Notes: a model not told the origin generated them from the sequence alone. 64,000 nt of DNA from Octopus vulgaris (GCA_951406725.2 OX597832.1:24862001-24926000), one strand, 5' to 3'. Positions 43,928 through 57,910 are shown, numbered from the stretch's first letter. Program-made: numbers and translations.

Positions 43928-44548
43928 ATTTAAACGACCCGCATTTTTTATTAAGGAACACAATGATTCTGCTTGCAGATAACATTAATGCTGTATATGA
44001 GAGTAATGTTGCATATAAGAGAAAAATGTATATACAAATAGTTCCGTTAATTGAGTCGTATCCTCATCACGAGACTGACTGAGATCCGTTTCCGTTCTGT
44101 TTATATATAAAATGTATTTATAGGTAACATCACTTGTGTTCCTTTATTAATGGTAAAAGAAATACGAGTTAGACTACATAAAAAGCTCATTTAACAAGAA
44201 ACTCATTAATTTAGAATTGAAAATGTCATTTCTACATTTGTGAAATGAGCCTGTGGCATTTTTACCGCGATGGTGGCCTTTAATATCTTAAAATGGTCCA
44301 TCGATTGATATGATATTCCTGTAATAAAGTAAACGTGATTAAACTATTGACATACATATGTATAGATTTATATCTCACTCTCTCACATACAGTTTCTCAG
44401 TTTCTTTGTATGTATGCATGTATGTATGTATGTATGTATGTATGTATGTATGTATGTATGTATGTATGTATGTATGTATGTATGTGTGTATGTATGTATG
44501 TATGTATGTATGTATGTGTGTGTGTGTATATATGTGAATTTATGTATA

Positions 44549-44588
<40 letters not shown>

Positions 44589-44737
44589 CATGAAGGAAGT
44601 AAAAAGAGGCCTTTAATTTTCAAAATTTCTGATCTCAGCGTCTAAATAATGTTTCCAGTGGTGTAGAATTTATTTACAATGTAATTATTCTTTTTCATTC
44701 CAGGAGTCATTATATTAAACATTTGCGAAAGGTAACC

Positions 44738-45100
44738 ATGCCACGTACAAAATATTCAGCAGAACTGTCAGATTTTCAAAGAGGTCGTATTGTTGGACAA
44801 GCTGAGGTTCCTCTTAAGCAGCGAAAAATTGCCGAAAGTCTCCAAATTCTTCTTGCTGCTGTTAATAGAATTATACTGCAATTCAAAAGCCAAGGAAAAG
44901 AATCAACAGATTATCGTCCCGGCCGACCTGGGCCCTCGGAAATGAAGCTTCGCTGTTTGAAGAGAATTGTGGAAAACGAACCCCGTTCGAAGGCTTCTGA
45001 CATTGCAAAACAGCTAGAAGCTAGTCCAAGAACATGTGTTACATATCTGCATAAACTTGGGTATTATGGACGAGCAGCTAGAAGAAAACCTCTCCTTTTG
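44738..45100 (+). pseudogene. Tc1-like transposase N-terminal (paired-like HTH) fragment
   Basis: MPRTKYSAELSDFQRGRIVG...RPGRP...LHKLGYYGRAARRKPLL; catalytic domain absent. Confidence 0.88.
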
Positions 45101-45179
45101 TTAAGTAATGGGCTAAGGAGATGTCAGAAAAATACATACATGTAATAGTATTAAAGTTACATCCAAGCCATACACTGCT

Positions 45180-45470
45180 AATGTATGGCTGAATGGCTAA
45201 GAAGCACGCCTCGCAAACGAAACGTCTATAGTTCGATCACATTGCAGGGCAACTCGAGCATGTTTTTTTTTTTACTGAAGCTGTACCGAAGGAACTGTGT
45301 CTGTTCTTCAAAATTACAACCGTGCCATACTGTGCCAGCCTGATTCCGCTTAAGCATTACGTGAAGAGTGGATTATGCGTGTCCATGGAATATTCAACCA
45401 CCTGTACTTTAACGTATTGAAGAAACCGTTTAGTCGATCAAACAAGTGAAAAAGCTATCGTCGAAATCGA
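45180..45470 (+). mobile_element. Degenerate SINE related to family D
   Basis: tggctgaatggctaag..gttcgatc head; cgtgtccatggaatattcaaccac resembles the family D body. Confidence 0.5.
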
Positions 45471-45544
45471 TAGAGATTCATTTACTATATCTAAGATTTG
45501 GAGGATTGGTACTAGTCTCTCTCATATTTTTTTTAGTTAGGAAA

Positions 45545-45785
45545 AGGCGGTGAGCTGGCAGAATCATTATCGCATCAGAGAAAATTCTTAGCAGCGTTTC
45601 AACCGTTGCTGGTGTGTTTACGTCCCCGTAACTTAGCGGTTCGGCAAAAGAGACCGATAGAATAAGTATTAGGCATACAAAGAATAAGTCCTGGGGTCGA
45701 TTTGCTCGACTAAATGGCGGTGCTTCAACATGGCCGCAGTCAAATGACTGAAACGAGTAAAAGAGTAAAAGAAAGAGTAAAAGTA
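45545..45785 (+). mobile_element. Chimeric SINE: family B head plus family A 3' half
   Basis: aaggcggtgagctggcagaatc (B) joined at about 45600 to aaccgttgctggtgtgtttacgtccccg (A). Confidence 0.8.
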
Positions 45786-46191
45786 TAAACATGGTTTCGA
45801 AAACATCGTAACATCACGCAGTGTCATACGATATCAAAAAATATAATTCTTTGACATCGTATGACACTGTGTGATACTAAAATCAGTGGGTGTACAAGTT
45901 TATTGGAAAAGATTCCTATCAAATGCAATCGTATATGCAATCTTCATATGTAATTCACTTGCTGTCTCAAGTAGTTCTAGAGTTTGTTTACCCTCTGGTG
46001 ACCGAGATGAAGTGCGCATGCTTCTGCGTTGAAGTGTCATACGCGCGCGCATGTTTGATTAAAGGAATGTTTTCGAGTGGTAGTTTCTAATCTTTACTGC
46101 AAAGTTTCAATATTTCCTTCGCTATCTGTAGTTTTTACTTGCCAATGTATGTATCTCTGTCTCTCGGTATGTCTGTCTCTCTCTCTGTCTC

Positions 46192-46245
<54 letters not shown>

Positions 46246-46249
46246 CATA

Positions 46250-46426
46250 TAGGAGAGTTCACGAAAAACGCAAAAGACGAAGACAAGTGGTCAAGTGGTA
46301 TAGAAAACAGACAGATGTATTAGTATAACGCTCAGGAAGAGAAAACGTCTTTCACGTTTCGAGCCTACGCTCTTCTACAGAAAGGGACAGAAAAAAAAAA
46401 CAAGGAGATAAAAAAATGTGTAGTGG

Positions 46427-46430
<4 letters not shown>
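46250..46430 (-). mobile_element. Penelope-like short repeat with a degenerate hammerhead (46349-46384)
   Basis: Minus strand CTTT-CTGTAGA-A-GAGC.GTAG.GCTC-GAAAC-GTG-AAAG; lies between (TA)n tracts. Confidence 0.65.
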
Positions 46431-46477
<47 letters not shown>

Positions 46478-46741
46478 CACGTGAAATATATATATATATA
46501 TGTGTGTGTGTTTGTGTGTGTGTGTATGTGTGTGTATGTGTGCGCATGTATCTTCTGTGCATACATCAGACGGTGTATTAAAATAGATACGTATATATGT
46601 AAAATCCTGCATAGTTAACTGTATGGATGCAGAAACGTGAGCAAATAGATTCAAATAAATTAATCAATCTATTTATCTATATTTTTTGTCTATCTATCTG
46701 TCTATCTATCTGTCTATCTGTTTCTGTCTCTGTCTCTCTCT

Positions 46742-46826
<85 letters not shown>

Positions 46827-47359
46827 CATACATACACACAAGCACACAAACGCATATATATATATAATTGCGTATTCAAATAGATTTATACACACACTTA
46901 TGCAAACTTACTCGAACCGCAACAGGGTCTGTGTATTTCTGAAATCGTATAACTGAAACAGCCAGTCTTAACAATTATCTACGCCAGCATCGATATCGTA
47001 CATCGAAAATATTGCGCAGCAAATGCAAATGAACGCAGGATAAGAAACATAATGTAAAAGTGCAAAATTTGAAATCCCCTGTAAATATTATAACTTGACA
47101 TTTCAATTGGCTCCAAGAGCCATGGTTCCGTTCTTTTAAAAGACTAGACAACGGTGTTTGTTGTGTTTCAATGGAATCCTTAGAACGCTATGATCAAAAG
47201 GTCAATTCTTAACGATTTCGGTTTAAGCAGATCGGAAGCACTCCAGATATTCCGATATTAGTTCTTCACATTAAATATAAATTTATAGATCAACGTTCAG
47301 TTGTTTACTTTCTCTTACATGTAGCTGCCTTCCCACAAACGCGAGCGCACATACGCATG

Positions 47360-47405
<46 letters not shown>

Positions 47406-47486
47406 TATGTATATATATATATACACATACATATATACAGGCATATTTATATATGTTTATATAAATATTTAAACATATATATATAC

Positions 47487-47527
<41 letters not shown>

Positions 47528-47761
47528 AGTATACATATGTTTAAATATTTATATAAACATATATAGATATGACTGTATATATGTATGTGTATATATATAT
47601 ATACATATGCATATATATATATATATATATATGTACACGTACACATAAATTTATTCCATACATATGCATGTATTTAGGTGTGTATATATATATATATATA
47701 TTTTTATATGTGTGTGTGTACGTATGCGTGCATATGTTTATATAAATAAATATATGTAAAT

Positions 47762-47855
47762 AGGCGCAGGCGTTGCTGTGTTGTAAGAAGTTCACTTCCA
47801 AACCAAAAGGTTCCGGGTTTAGCCCCACTGCATGGCATCATGAGCAAGTATCTTT
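47762..47855 (+). mobile_element. SINE family A head
   Basis: aggcgcaggcgttgctgtgttgtaagaag...ccgggtttagccccactgc. Confidence 0.8.
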
Positions 47856-47949
47856 TTTCAAATTACAGAACACCATTTTTTTTTTTTGGTTCGCTGTTTG
47901 ACCCATAGATTAAATCTAGTTCTGTCTCAACCCGCTGCAAATATAAAAG

Positions 47950-49120
47950 AATGCGATAAGTTTTTTTCACAGATAAAATCATTTTCGTTATTTTTTGCAT
48001 GTCGACCAAACGCGTGTATCTATTAGATACTGGAATTAAAAAGCGATTTCCAAAGGTGGCGCCAATTCGCTGATGCTTGAGTCATTTGTAGATAGAAGCA
48101 CTTCGTAAATATCATGATCGGCTTACTGATTTATTTCTAAACACCATTAATATTTCAAGTAAATGTGGGACGGAAAACTATACCTATTCTCATGCGGTGT
48201 AACCTAATTTACAAAATTGTGAATCCAATTTTTTGTTAAATGTGTTGGGAGATATTTTTATTTACACAAATGCAGCATATGACATACTCCAGAAAAAAAG
48301 GCATTTAAAATATCCTACTGTAAATGAAATTGTGAAAGTTTTGAAAGAAAAAAAGCATGCATTTTCTAAATTTTGGGTTAACGTTGATGGCGTGTATCCT
48401 CAACTGAAGAAAAAAAACTGCATTTGAAAGAGAAGAACGATACAAACAGCTGTTGTACAAAATCATAGATTTAATTTGCAAGGAAATTGAGATAGGATTT
48501 CAAAATTTAAACGAATTACATTTTTTAGCGCTTCTCGATCCAATGAGACAAAATAACGATGTCCAGGAATCGTCTCTAACTTGCCTTAAACATTCTTATG
48601 GAAACCATTTCGACAGCCAAGAGTTAAGAAGCAAACTTACTGCTTTGTACAAAGGTTCTGAACTAAAAGCGAAATCCGTTCAAGATTTACTTTGCATTCT
48701 GCATAATAGATGAAACTTTGCCCCAGTGAACAAAGCTTTGTGAATTAATATTAATACTACCAACAACAGGTGCTTCAGTGGAGCGCTCCTTGTCATACTT
48801 AAGGGGAATTCATAATTATACAAGCAATTCGCAGGAGCAAGGAAGGTTGAGCAGTTTAGCTCTCATTGGCATAGAAGAAGCCGTTTTAAAAAGCTTAAGG
48901 GCGATACCATCTACAATGATGTTATCAACAATTTCATCAAGAAAGTGAGAAGGATTGAAGTTAACATTTAAATAAAATATGTAAGATTTTATTTGTGATA
49001 TTTTTTTTTATTTTAAAAATAGCTGTATGATATGAACATGTCAATTTGATTCAAATATCTGTGTGACAGAAAATTTTGGTCATTGCTTTCCCAGCCAGAA
49101 ATATCACCACACGCCCTTTG
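47950..49120 (+). pseudogene. Decayed hAT transposase 3' half with hATC dimerisation domain
   Basis: KLCELILILPTTGASVERSLSYLRGIHNYTSNSQEQGRLSSLALIGIE...YNDVINNFIKKVRRIE; upstream FLLNVLGDIF..YDILQKK; frameshifted. Confidence 0.88.
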
Positions 49121-49198
49121 ATTTAATGCCGATATATTTGAGTCAAATATATCGGCATCAAATTAAAATAAACATCTCTTTACAATACCTCACATATC

Positions 49199-49420
49199 TC
49201 TTTTACTTTTTACTTGTTTCAGTCATTTGACTGCGGCCATGCTGGAGCACTGCCTTTATAGTCGGGAAAACCGACCCCCAGAGCTTATTTTTTAAAAGCC
49301 TAGTACTTATTCTATCGGTCTCTTTTTAGCCGAAACGCTCAGTTACGGGGATGTAAACACACTACCATCGGTTGTCAAGCACAGACGCACAAACATACAC
49401 ACACACACACATACATACAT

Positions 49421-49461
<41 letters not shown>

Positions 49462-49625
49462 ACGGGCTTGTTTCAGTTTCAGTATAACAAATCTACTCAC
49501 AAGGCTTTTGGTCGGCCCGAGGCTATAGTAGAGGACACTTGCCCAAGGTGCCACGCAGTGGGACTGAACCTGAGACCATGTGGTTGGTAAGCAAGCTACT
49601 CACCACACAGCCACTCCTGCACCTA
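49199..49625 (-). mobile_element. SINE family A, full length, with internal microsatellite
   Basis: Reverse complement of the 11903 structure. Confidence 0.92.
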
Positions 49626-50140
49626 TACCATGAGAGGAGTCATATATACCATTGACATATATCATGCTCTAACTATTTCGTGAGAAAAAAAAATCTCTAC
49701 ATACGCATTCAAAACTAAGAAGAGTAGATATTTTAGTGAAGAGAACATCGTCTGAGGAGTGATTCACGCGGATGTCCAAGTAGATTCACCCGAGTGTGAC
49801 TCGTCAGTGAAGTGTAACCAATCCGTACGTTTCTAAGCGATGTTTTTTTCCCTTCCGTGTTATCGATATCAGTCAATAGTACATTCACTGATATATCAAA
49901 TGAGTGTCATAAATTAGGTGGACTCAATTGAAACAGCAAGAAATTAGAACATTCATGCATACAGTCACACACAGCTACATACATGTGTTCTAATGTGCAT
50001 AAGTTTGTCAGTGTGTGTGTGTGTGCGTGTGTGTGTGCAAGTGTGCACATATGTACATACATATGTATAATATATGTATGTGTGTACATACAATGATGTA
50101 TGTATATAATCTGTATATATATATATATATATATTTATAC

Positions 50141-50203
<63 letters not shown>

Positions 50204-50304
50204 CAGATTATATATATATATATATATAAATATATATATATATATTCAATATTTTTAAAACTTTTTTTTCTCTAGTTTCAGCTCAGAGTTGCGGCCATGC
50301 TGAT

Positions 50305-50398
<94 letters not shown>

Positions 50399-50467
50399 GA
50401 AAATATGCACACTTATCTATCTGAAACATCATCGAATTCAGTGATGTATGTATTATGCAAATTTGTA

Positions 50468-50505
<38 letters not shown>

Positions 50506-51695
50506 AGTATGTTGTAGATAAAGTAACAAATGCTTATATCCCAGACGACAACCTATGCCTGTATCATATCCACCAATACAATAATTTATGTTCAAATTTA
50601 CAAATGTACACATCTACATGACACCAGTATGTTATGAAGGTTAGCATATGTATGGCTAATGTATCTTGACATGTCGGTGGTAAGTGTCGCTAAATTTATG
50701 CTGATTCAGTCACCAGATAATTGATAGAGTGATGAAGTAGAACAAAGCCACGTAAACAAATTCACTCACTATCATATATCGATAAGGACATTATGCTTTT
50801 CAATCAATCGATTAAAAATATTTCATGCGGAAACATACTCACGTATACATTTGTGCTGAGGTAGTCATAGAGATATAACAATATCTGTAACTCTAATGAA
50901 TTTATGATCTACATAGAAGGCGAGACTCGGCTCAGTATAGATGAATTGATAAGAAGTTCAGTTTCTTTATTATCAAGTCGCGGGTTCGATCCCAGTATGT
51001 ATGACATCTTGGGAAAGTCTATTTTTTTCTATAGCCTCGACTGGGCCCATACTATGCGAGTCAAACTGGCATGTCGGTAAATGTATATGGACACATCGAG
51101 TGGATTATGTATTTTATTCAAAAAGGTATCACCTTGTCACTCATTATATTAAAGCTGTACGTGTCCCATGCTAATGGAAGTTCACCATGGACGTTGATGA
51201 TTACCCATTCAGTTTCGAGAATCGATTAAAGCTTTCCATCAATTTTTTTCTTTTTGCAAATTAAAGTGAAGCATTTAACCTACGATGTAGGTTACATTCA
51301 TTATCAATTACATCGATACTTTGTGGACTTTGATCCTCGTTCCAGACCGCTGATATTGGATAAAGCATAAAACACTTATTGTCCGAAAATTAGTAGGTCA
51401 CTTCTCTGAATCTAATTGATTTGTTGAGTAGATAAACAAAATGGCTGCTTACTTTCTTGGAATTGTTCACGTGATGTGGACGTCTTTGAATGAGGACTCA
51501 GTAAAATCGACATCTTTTTCAATCGGCAGAAGAAATGGTTACATTTGCTCCGTTTGTATGCCTTCTACGTAGGTTATACACACACACAAACACACAGACA
51601 CAAACACACAAACACACACACTGTTTCCGTATAGCTTCTGTCAATTAAATCATACTTAAGTGATTATGAAACCCTTTTCATAATCACCCTTCTTT

Positions 51696-51968
51696 CACCC
51701 TTTTCAATCCTAGCCAGGCTCATGGCCCTGTTTCCCGGTTTCTGTGGCGTATGCGTTCACCCCAGCCAGTCCATTGCAGCGTTACTCAAGAAACAGGAAG
51801 AGAGAGTGAGAGAAAGTTGGGGCGAAAGAGTACAACAGGGGTCACCACCACCCCTGCCGGAGCCTCGTGGAACTTTAGGTGTTTTCGCTCAATAAACACT
51901 CACAACGCCTGGTGTGGGAATCGAAACCGCGAGTCCGCTGCACTAACCACAGGGCCATTGCGCCTCCA
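51696..51968 (-). mobile_element. SINE family C with a V-domain-like tail
   Basis: Head ggaggcgcaatggccc; minus-strand tail gcaatggactggc...acagaaaccgggaaac. Confidence 0.85.
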
Positions 51969-53145
51969 TAACCTGAGTAGTTACTTACCATATATAAACA
52001 ATAATAAAATTCGACAGCTATTAATAATATATTAATACATTAGTATTAAGTTAAGGGTATTGTTAATAGTCTTATATTTATAGGTAAACTTATAATGATT
52101 AACTCCTTTTCCTGTTCAAAGTATTTTCATAAGTTTGTCCCAATCGTCCATGCTTGTTTCAGATTTAGTCCTTGTATCATATGTTTTCCGTAATATAAAG
52201 ATTTCCTTTCATAAACCGCAAGTTACCTGTGGCGGTTAAGAAAATAGGGAATGTGTGCCATTTATGATACATGGATGCTAGGTAAACATGCCTCGTGCAT
52301 CACATATGACACAAACGACAAGCAGTATTATTCGAGCAACGATTTAGTCCTACGATAGAGAAGACACGCAAAACCGACTTCAAAACCAGAAACACAAAAC
52401 GGCTTTCAAACTCAGCTTAATGCAACCGTGAGCATTAGCTGTAAAATATTCATTCTTCTCCATGTTTGATTATTAAATTGAAATTACATGAGTAATTAAA
52501 TTTTATTCATTATTCTCCGTTAATTGATTTGGTTATTATCTAATTATACGCTGAAGTTAAATGCAAACTATTGGCTTCGAAAGACAAACTGTAATTTGCA
52601 AACGGCTGACATTAAAATGGTTGTTCCCTATACAATTGTTTGTTCCTCCATCAATTTTCCACTGAGAAATTCGGCTTTTATAACAGATTAAATATTGAAC
52701 TATCGATATTTATTTAAAGAGGAATTTATTGGAAATATTTTGAATATCTTGGTCCTGTATTTACGCCAATATCTCAACAAAGACCAAGCGTTAATTGCAT
52801 CAATGACAAAGAGTAAAAGAATGAGATCAAAATAAACCGTAAACCAACACCTAATAACAAACGTTATACATTGTTTTAACGAATCGAACAAGCCGAGGCA
52901 GAAGAGAATGCGCTCGTTTCACATCTGTGCTTTGAGTTTAAATCATGAAGAGGTCGCCTTTGCATGTCATTCGTTGTTAGGGTTTAGATAGCCTAATGAG
53001 ATGCCTGGATCTGGCTCCTTGAGTTCTGACAGCAGCACCTTCGAAGACTCGGTCAAAATCGTTGGCATCTCCTGAGAGGTAACCGAAGTGTGTCAGTGTG
53101 TAAATATTTATATGCATATATACATGCACATATATACATGTAAAA

Positions 53146-53177
<32 letters not shown>

Positions 53178-53182
<5 letters not shown>

Positions 53183-53432
53183 CCTTTTCAAGCCTAGCCA
53201 GGCTCCTGGGCCCTGTTTCCCGGTTTCTATGGCGTATGTGTTCCCAGCAGCTGTCAGTCCATCGCATCGTTACTCAAGAAACAGGAAGAAAGAGTGAGAG
53301 AAAGTTGGGAGCCTCGCGGAGCTTTAGGTGCTTTCGGTCAATAAACAGACGCAACGCCCGGTCTGGGAATCAAAACCGCGATCCTCCGACCGCAAGTCCG
53401 CTGCCCTAACCACTGGGCCATTGCGCGTCCAC
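53178..53432 (-). mobile_element. SINE family C with a V-domain-like tail
   Basis: Homologous to 51696-51968. Confidence 0.85.
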
Positions 53433-53445
53433 ACAAACACACACA

Positions 53446-53612
<167 letters not shown>

Positions 53613-53883
53613 TCCTTTATCTTTTTTCAAGTGAAAACTTTGAGGAATTTTTTAGTTGAATGAATTGACACCAACACCAGCCCATATTGTGATGGACTCA
53701 TCAAATATTTATTTAGAAACTATATTGTTCTAAATTAATTGTAAGAAAAAAGAACTAGTTGGAAAATACCAAAAAAAAAAAAAAAGAAGAATTTGAAGGA
53801 AAAAGAAAGTGGAACACAGTCGTGTATTCAATGCATTTTATACGTATTAATGTATGTACACACGCGTCGCACACATATATTAA

Positions 53884-54117
53884 ACTGGCGTTCCGCCGGT
53901 TCAAATGACAAGGGTTCCAGTTGACACGATCAAGGGAACAGCCTACTAGTGAGAATAACATGCAAGTGGCTGAGTACTCCGCAGACACGTGTATCCTTAT
54001 AGCTTAGTTCTCAGGTAGATTCAGAATGACAAAACAGAGTGTGACAAGGCTGACCCTTTGAAATACAGGTACAACTCATTTTTGCCAGGTGAGTGGACTG
54101 GAGCAACATGAAATAAA
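53884..54117 (-). mobile_element. SINE family D, 5'-truncated
   Basis: Reverse complement aligns with 40620-40842. Confidence 0.8.
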
Positions 54118-54203
54118 GTTCGATATTTAAGAGACGAGGAATTATATACATTATTTACAAGATTTACATTATTTGTCCTTGTCCTCATCTTGTTTGTTGT
54201 TAA
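54118..54203 (-). repeat. Tail fragment of the 39295-39984 element family
   Basis: tttaagagacgaggaattatatacattatttac...tcctcatcttgtttgttgttaa joins the two terminal pieces seen at 39295-39350 and 39940-39975. Confidence 0.7.
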
Positions 54204-54443
54204 TCTAATCGACTGGTCTCCTCCCCAAAAATGTCGGGCCTTGTGCCTAGAGTAGAAATTAATGGTGAAATGGACTATTATTAATTATGGTTTTTTCAAT
54301 GAAAATTCATTCAATGCATTGTAACGAGACATTCTCCCCTCGATTTTGGCTTTATCAGAATTAGGGTTCATAAATACATTTAACACACATACACACACAC
54401 ACACAAACAATATATATATATATATATACATACATATATATCT

Positions 54444-54516
<73 letters not shown>

Positions 54517-54894
54517 TAAGATATCTACCATAAACGTGCAAAGTTATGTTTAATCAGAAAGAAACGGGACCAGATAAATAGTAATATTCGCTAGAATATA
54601 AATTCGATCTTAAGATTGACGACGTATTGAGAGATAATAAATTGTTGCAGAGTCGTTATATTCTCAAGGGCCTTGGAGATATCGTCTCTTCTCCATGTCT
54701 AAGTATTGCTATAATATATTTAATTTCATCATAAAGAAAATAGAACAGGTGAACTCATTATAAATGAATTGAGAAATGGCATTGTTATTTATTACCTTTG
54801 TTTTGTTTTGTTTATTATCTCTCTGTAATTTAAAATTAATGAAGGGTATTTTTATAAATTCATTAACGTATAAACGATAATATATTATAGTTGC

Positions 54895-55110
54895 TACTGT
54901 AAGACAGCGTGCTAGCAGAATCGTCGGTACGCCGGAGAAACTGGGTTGCGGCATTTCGTTTGTTTTTACGTTTTGATTTTAAATTTCGCCGAGGTCTGAT
55001 TTATATTTTATTTGTTGAGGGTCGATAAAACAAGTACATGTTGAATACTGGGATCGATGTTGTCGTCAAACTCCCTCCTATGAAGGTGCTGACCATGTGT
55101 CTGTAATAGG
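54895..55110 (+). mobile_element. SINE family B, old copy
   Basis: gctagcagaatcgt...cgccgaggtc...gggtcgataaaacaagtac. Confidence 0.7.
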
Positions 55111-55971
55111 AATGAATATATTGTACTTGCTATATATATTTGCCACGCGAACCATTGATGTATAGATCAAGAGAAACTTTCAACAACTGCCATTTAAGTC
55201 CTTTGTTCGTCTCATCTACTTGCTCTATATGGTCGAGTATTCCGCAGCCACAGTGTACGGTAAACGATAACAGCCTGTAGAATGAACTAATACGATTGGG
55301 TACTTCAATCACGGGTAGCATATATCTGACCTGCTCAAACACAGTTTTCTCCACTCATACTGTATACAAGGATCGCGAGATTATGGGAGTCCATAATATT
55401 TTTATTATTAAATAAATAGGCAGCTTATAAATAGGTGGCACAATCACTAGAGCTCCCCAAAATGCCTTGTGCGATTTGTTCAGTCTATGTACTTTTTGAT
55501 ATCAAATCCGTCCGAGAATAATTTTGACATTCATCACTTTACCAGTCGACAAAGTAGTCTAACGGTAAAGTACTGCTATCCCTGGTAACGGCTAACCACA
55601 TTTCCTAAAACATTGCTGACATTGTACTTTAACCAACAATTATTGTATATATATATATATATATAGTCTGTACTTTAGGCATGTATGTAGGCATTGTATG
55701 TAGCCATTGTACTTTATCTATGTAGGCATTGTACTGTAACCCAAAATTATATGTATGTAGTTTGTATATGTATATAGATGGTTGAGTATGCGTATATGCT
55801 GTTTTGAAATATTTATGTAATGCGGCGTGAAAATTTTCATTTTAATTTATTTTGTTTTTCGCATGCTTCAGACCGTTATTTGAAAGGACTAATGAAACAA
55901 ATCCATTCTTTAAAGGTGTATACTTAAACCAGTTTTGATCATATTGTTATTTCTGTTCTATTTTAACAAAA

Positions 55972-56009
55972 TTGTCCGATGAACGGGAATGTGAAACTCT
56001 GAGTAACAG
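55972..56009 (+). ncRNA. Minimal type-I hammerhead-like motif (U4C variant)
   Basis: TTGT-CCGATGA-AC(gggaat)GT-GAA-ACTC.T.GAGT-A-ACAG: palindromic stem III, GUA triplet. Confidence 0.55.
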
Positions 56010-56808
56010 CTTTTGTTATATTTCTGCTGCTTTTAAATAAAGCATATTACTCTACCTCTGGTATTTGTGTACTCTTTTGTCCACCTTGTTTCCACTTTGT
56101 TTCCACCTTCCTCAGTTAAATGACGAAGGATTACGTAATGGAGGGTATTTCTTTTACATATCAGCAAGTCTGAAACGTACGTAGGAAAATGATTTCAAAA
56201 TATCGCTATTTCGTTCGATTTCATTGTCACAACTGAAGCGAGTTACGATGCCCATATAACTTTCCCTGACTTGACTCCACTTATGCTGATCCTCAAACAA
56301 CGATTTTAAGATGTTTGTTATATTTGTTTAGGTACCAAAATTCCAGCGCCGTGTACCGCTTCTTAGAGTAAGCCGAAATATCTATATGGGCGTGGGTTGG
56401 GGTGCATGTGTGTTTGCTCAATACTCCGTGTGCATTAGTGGTTTCTTTCACTAGCATACATTTTTACGCATATAAGTGTACCTTATGCGTTTACTTAATG
56501 GGAGATATAAGAACAGATAAAACAATTGTGAGAATATTCCTCAAGCAGGAAAGAAAAATACATTGGCATAAATCGTTTCAAAAAATATGATAAATCTCCT
56601 TTACCACGAAAGCAATTATCCCAAACTTCAGAAATTTTTTTGTGAGAAAATAAAACACTTTTGTGTTCTTGTATTAAAATCGTTAGAGGGAAATACGACC
56701 CACGCTATGTAAGATTATAGTCGTAAAAATGTTTAGCGTAGCTGCATATCTTGCCATATTCATACTGATATACATATACATAGATATATAGATATATACA
56801 TACATACA

Positions 56809-56844
<36 letters not shown>

Positions 56845-57034
56845 CATATATATACACATAATATACATTATATATATATATATGTATGTATGTATATCTG
56901 CAAACACATATAGATATACATAAATATATATATACAAGCACATATATATATATACATAAATATATATATATATATATATATATGTTGCATGTTTATACAC
57001 ACATAATTAGGTACCCACAGGCACAAAAACGCAA

Positions 57035-57095
<61 letters not shown>

Positions 57096-57519
57096 CACAC
57101 ACACACATAAAGATGTTATGTGTGAATGTTCATATACATACACATACATGAATAAATGCATAAATATATCGTATATGAAAAAATGTGATTATATATACAT
57201 ATATATATACATACATATGTGTGTGTGTGTGTTTATATGTCTGTGTTTACTTACGCATACATATATGCATGTGGATATTTAGCTAAACATATATACAAAT
57301 TAGTGATTGTATAATCGTGTTTTTGCGTGTTGCGGCTGTATGTATCTTGGTTTTTTCCAGCTTATCTCTGCACACATCAGTTTGTCTATGTGTGTAAAAG
57401 TATTTATTCTCTGAGAAGAGAGATCTATATATCAAAATACTTTATGCTATCTAAACATCACCCAAACAAATGTCGCCTCCTGCTCACCCTGTCACTATAT
57501 CTCATTCTCTGCACACACA

Positions 57520-57559
<40 letters not shown>

Positions 57560-57712
57560 GTGTGTGAGTATGCAGGCGGATGTGGGTCTCTCTCTCGCTA
57601 TCATTTATTTATAAGAACGTACATTTCAATATTTGACGACTGTTTATTTAAATTTTTTATTCAATTCAATCACAATTTATTTTAAAGTACAACTTTAAGT
57701 ATGTGACACAGG

Positions 57713-57759
<47 letters not shown>

Positions 57760-57910
57760 CAATATCTATATTTATATCATAGACCTATATCCATACACAC
57801 ACACATATACACACATATACATATGTATGTATTTATGCATATACGTATATATATGTATACTCTTATAAAAAAACATTTGTGCTTATATATATATATATAT
57901 ACATACATGC

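Noticed and set aside
51660-51687. 12-bp stem hairpin gtgattatgaaa/tttcataatcac
   Set aside because: Short and AT-rich at a SINE boundary; terminator-like hairpins carry no meaning in this context
53070-53100. cctgagaggtaaccgaagtgtgtcagtgtg as another hammerhead
   Set aside because: Core too degenerate (no CUGANGA or GAAA)
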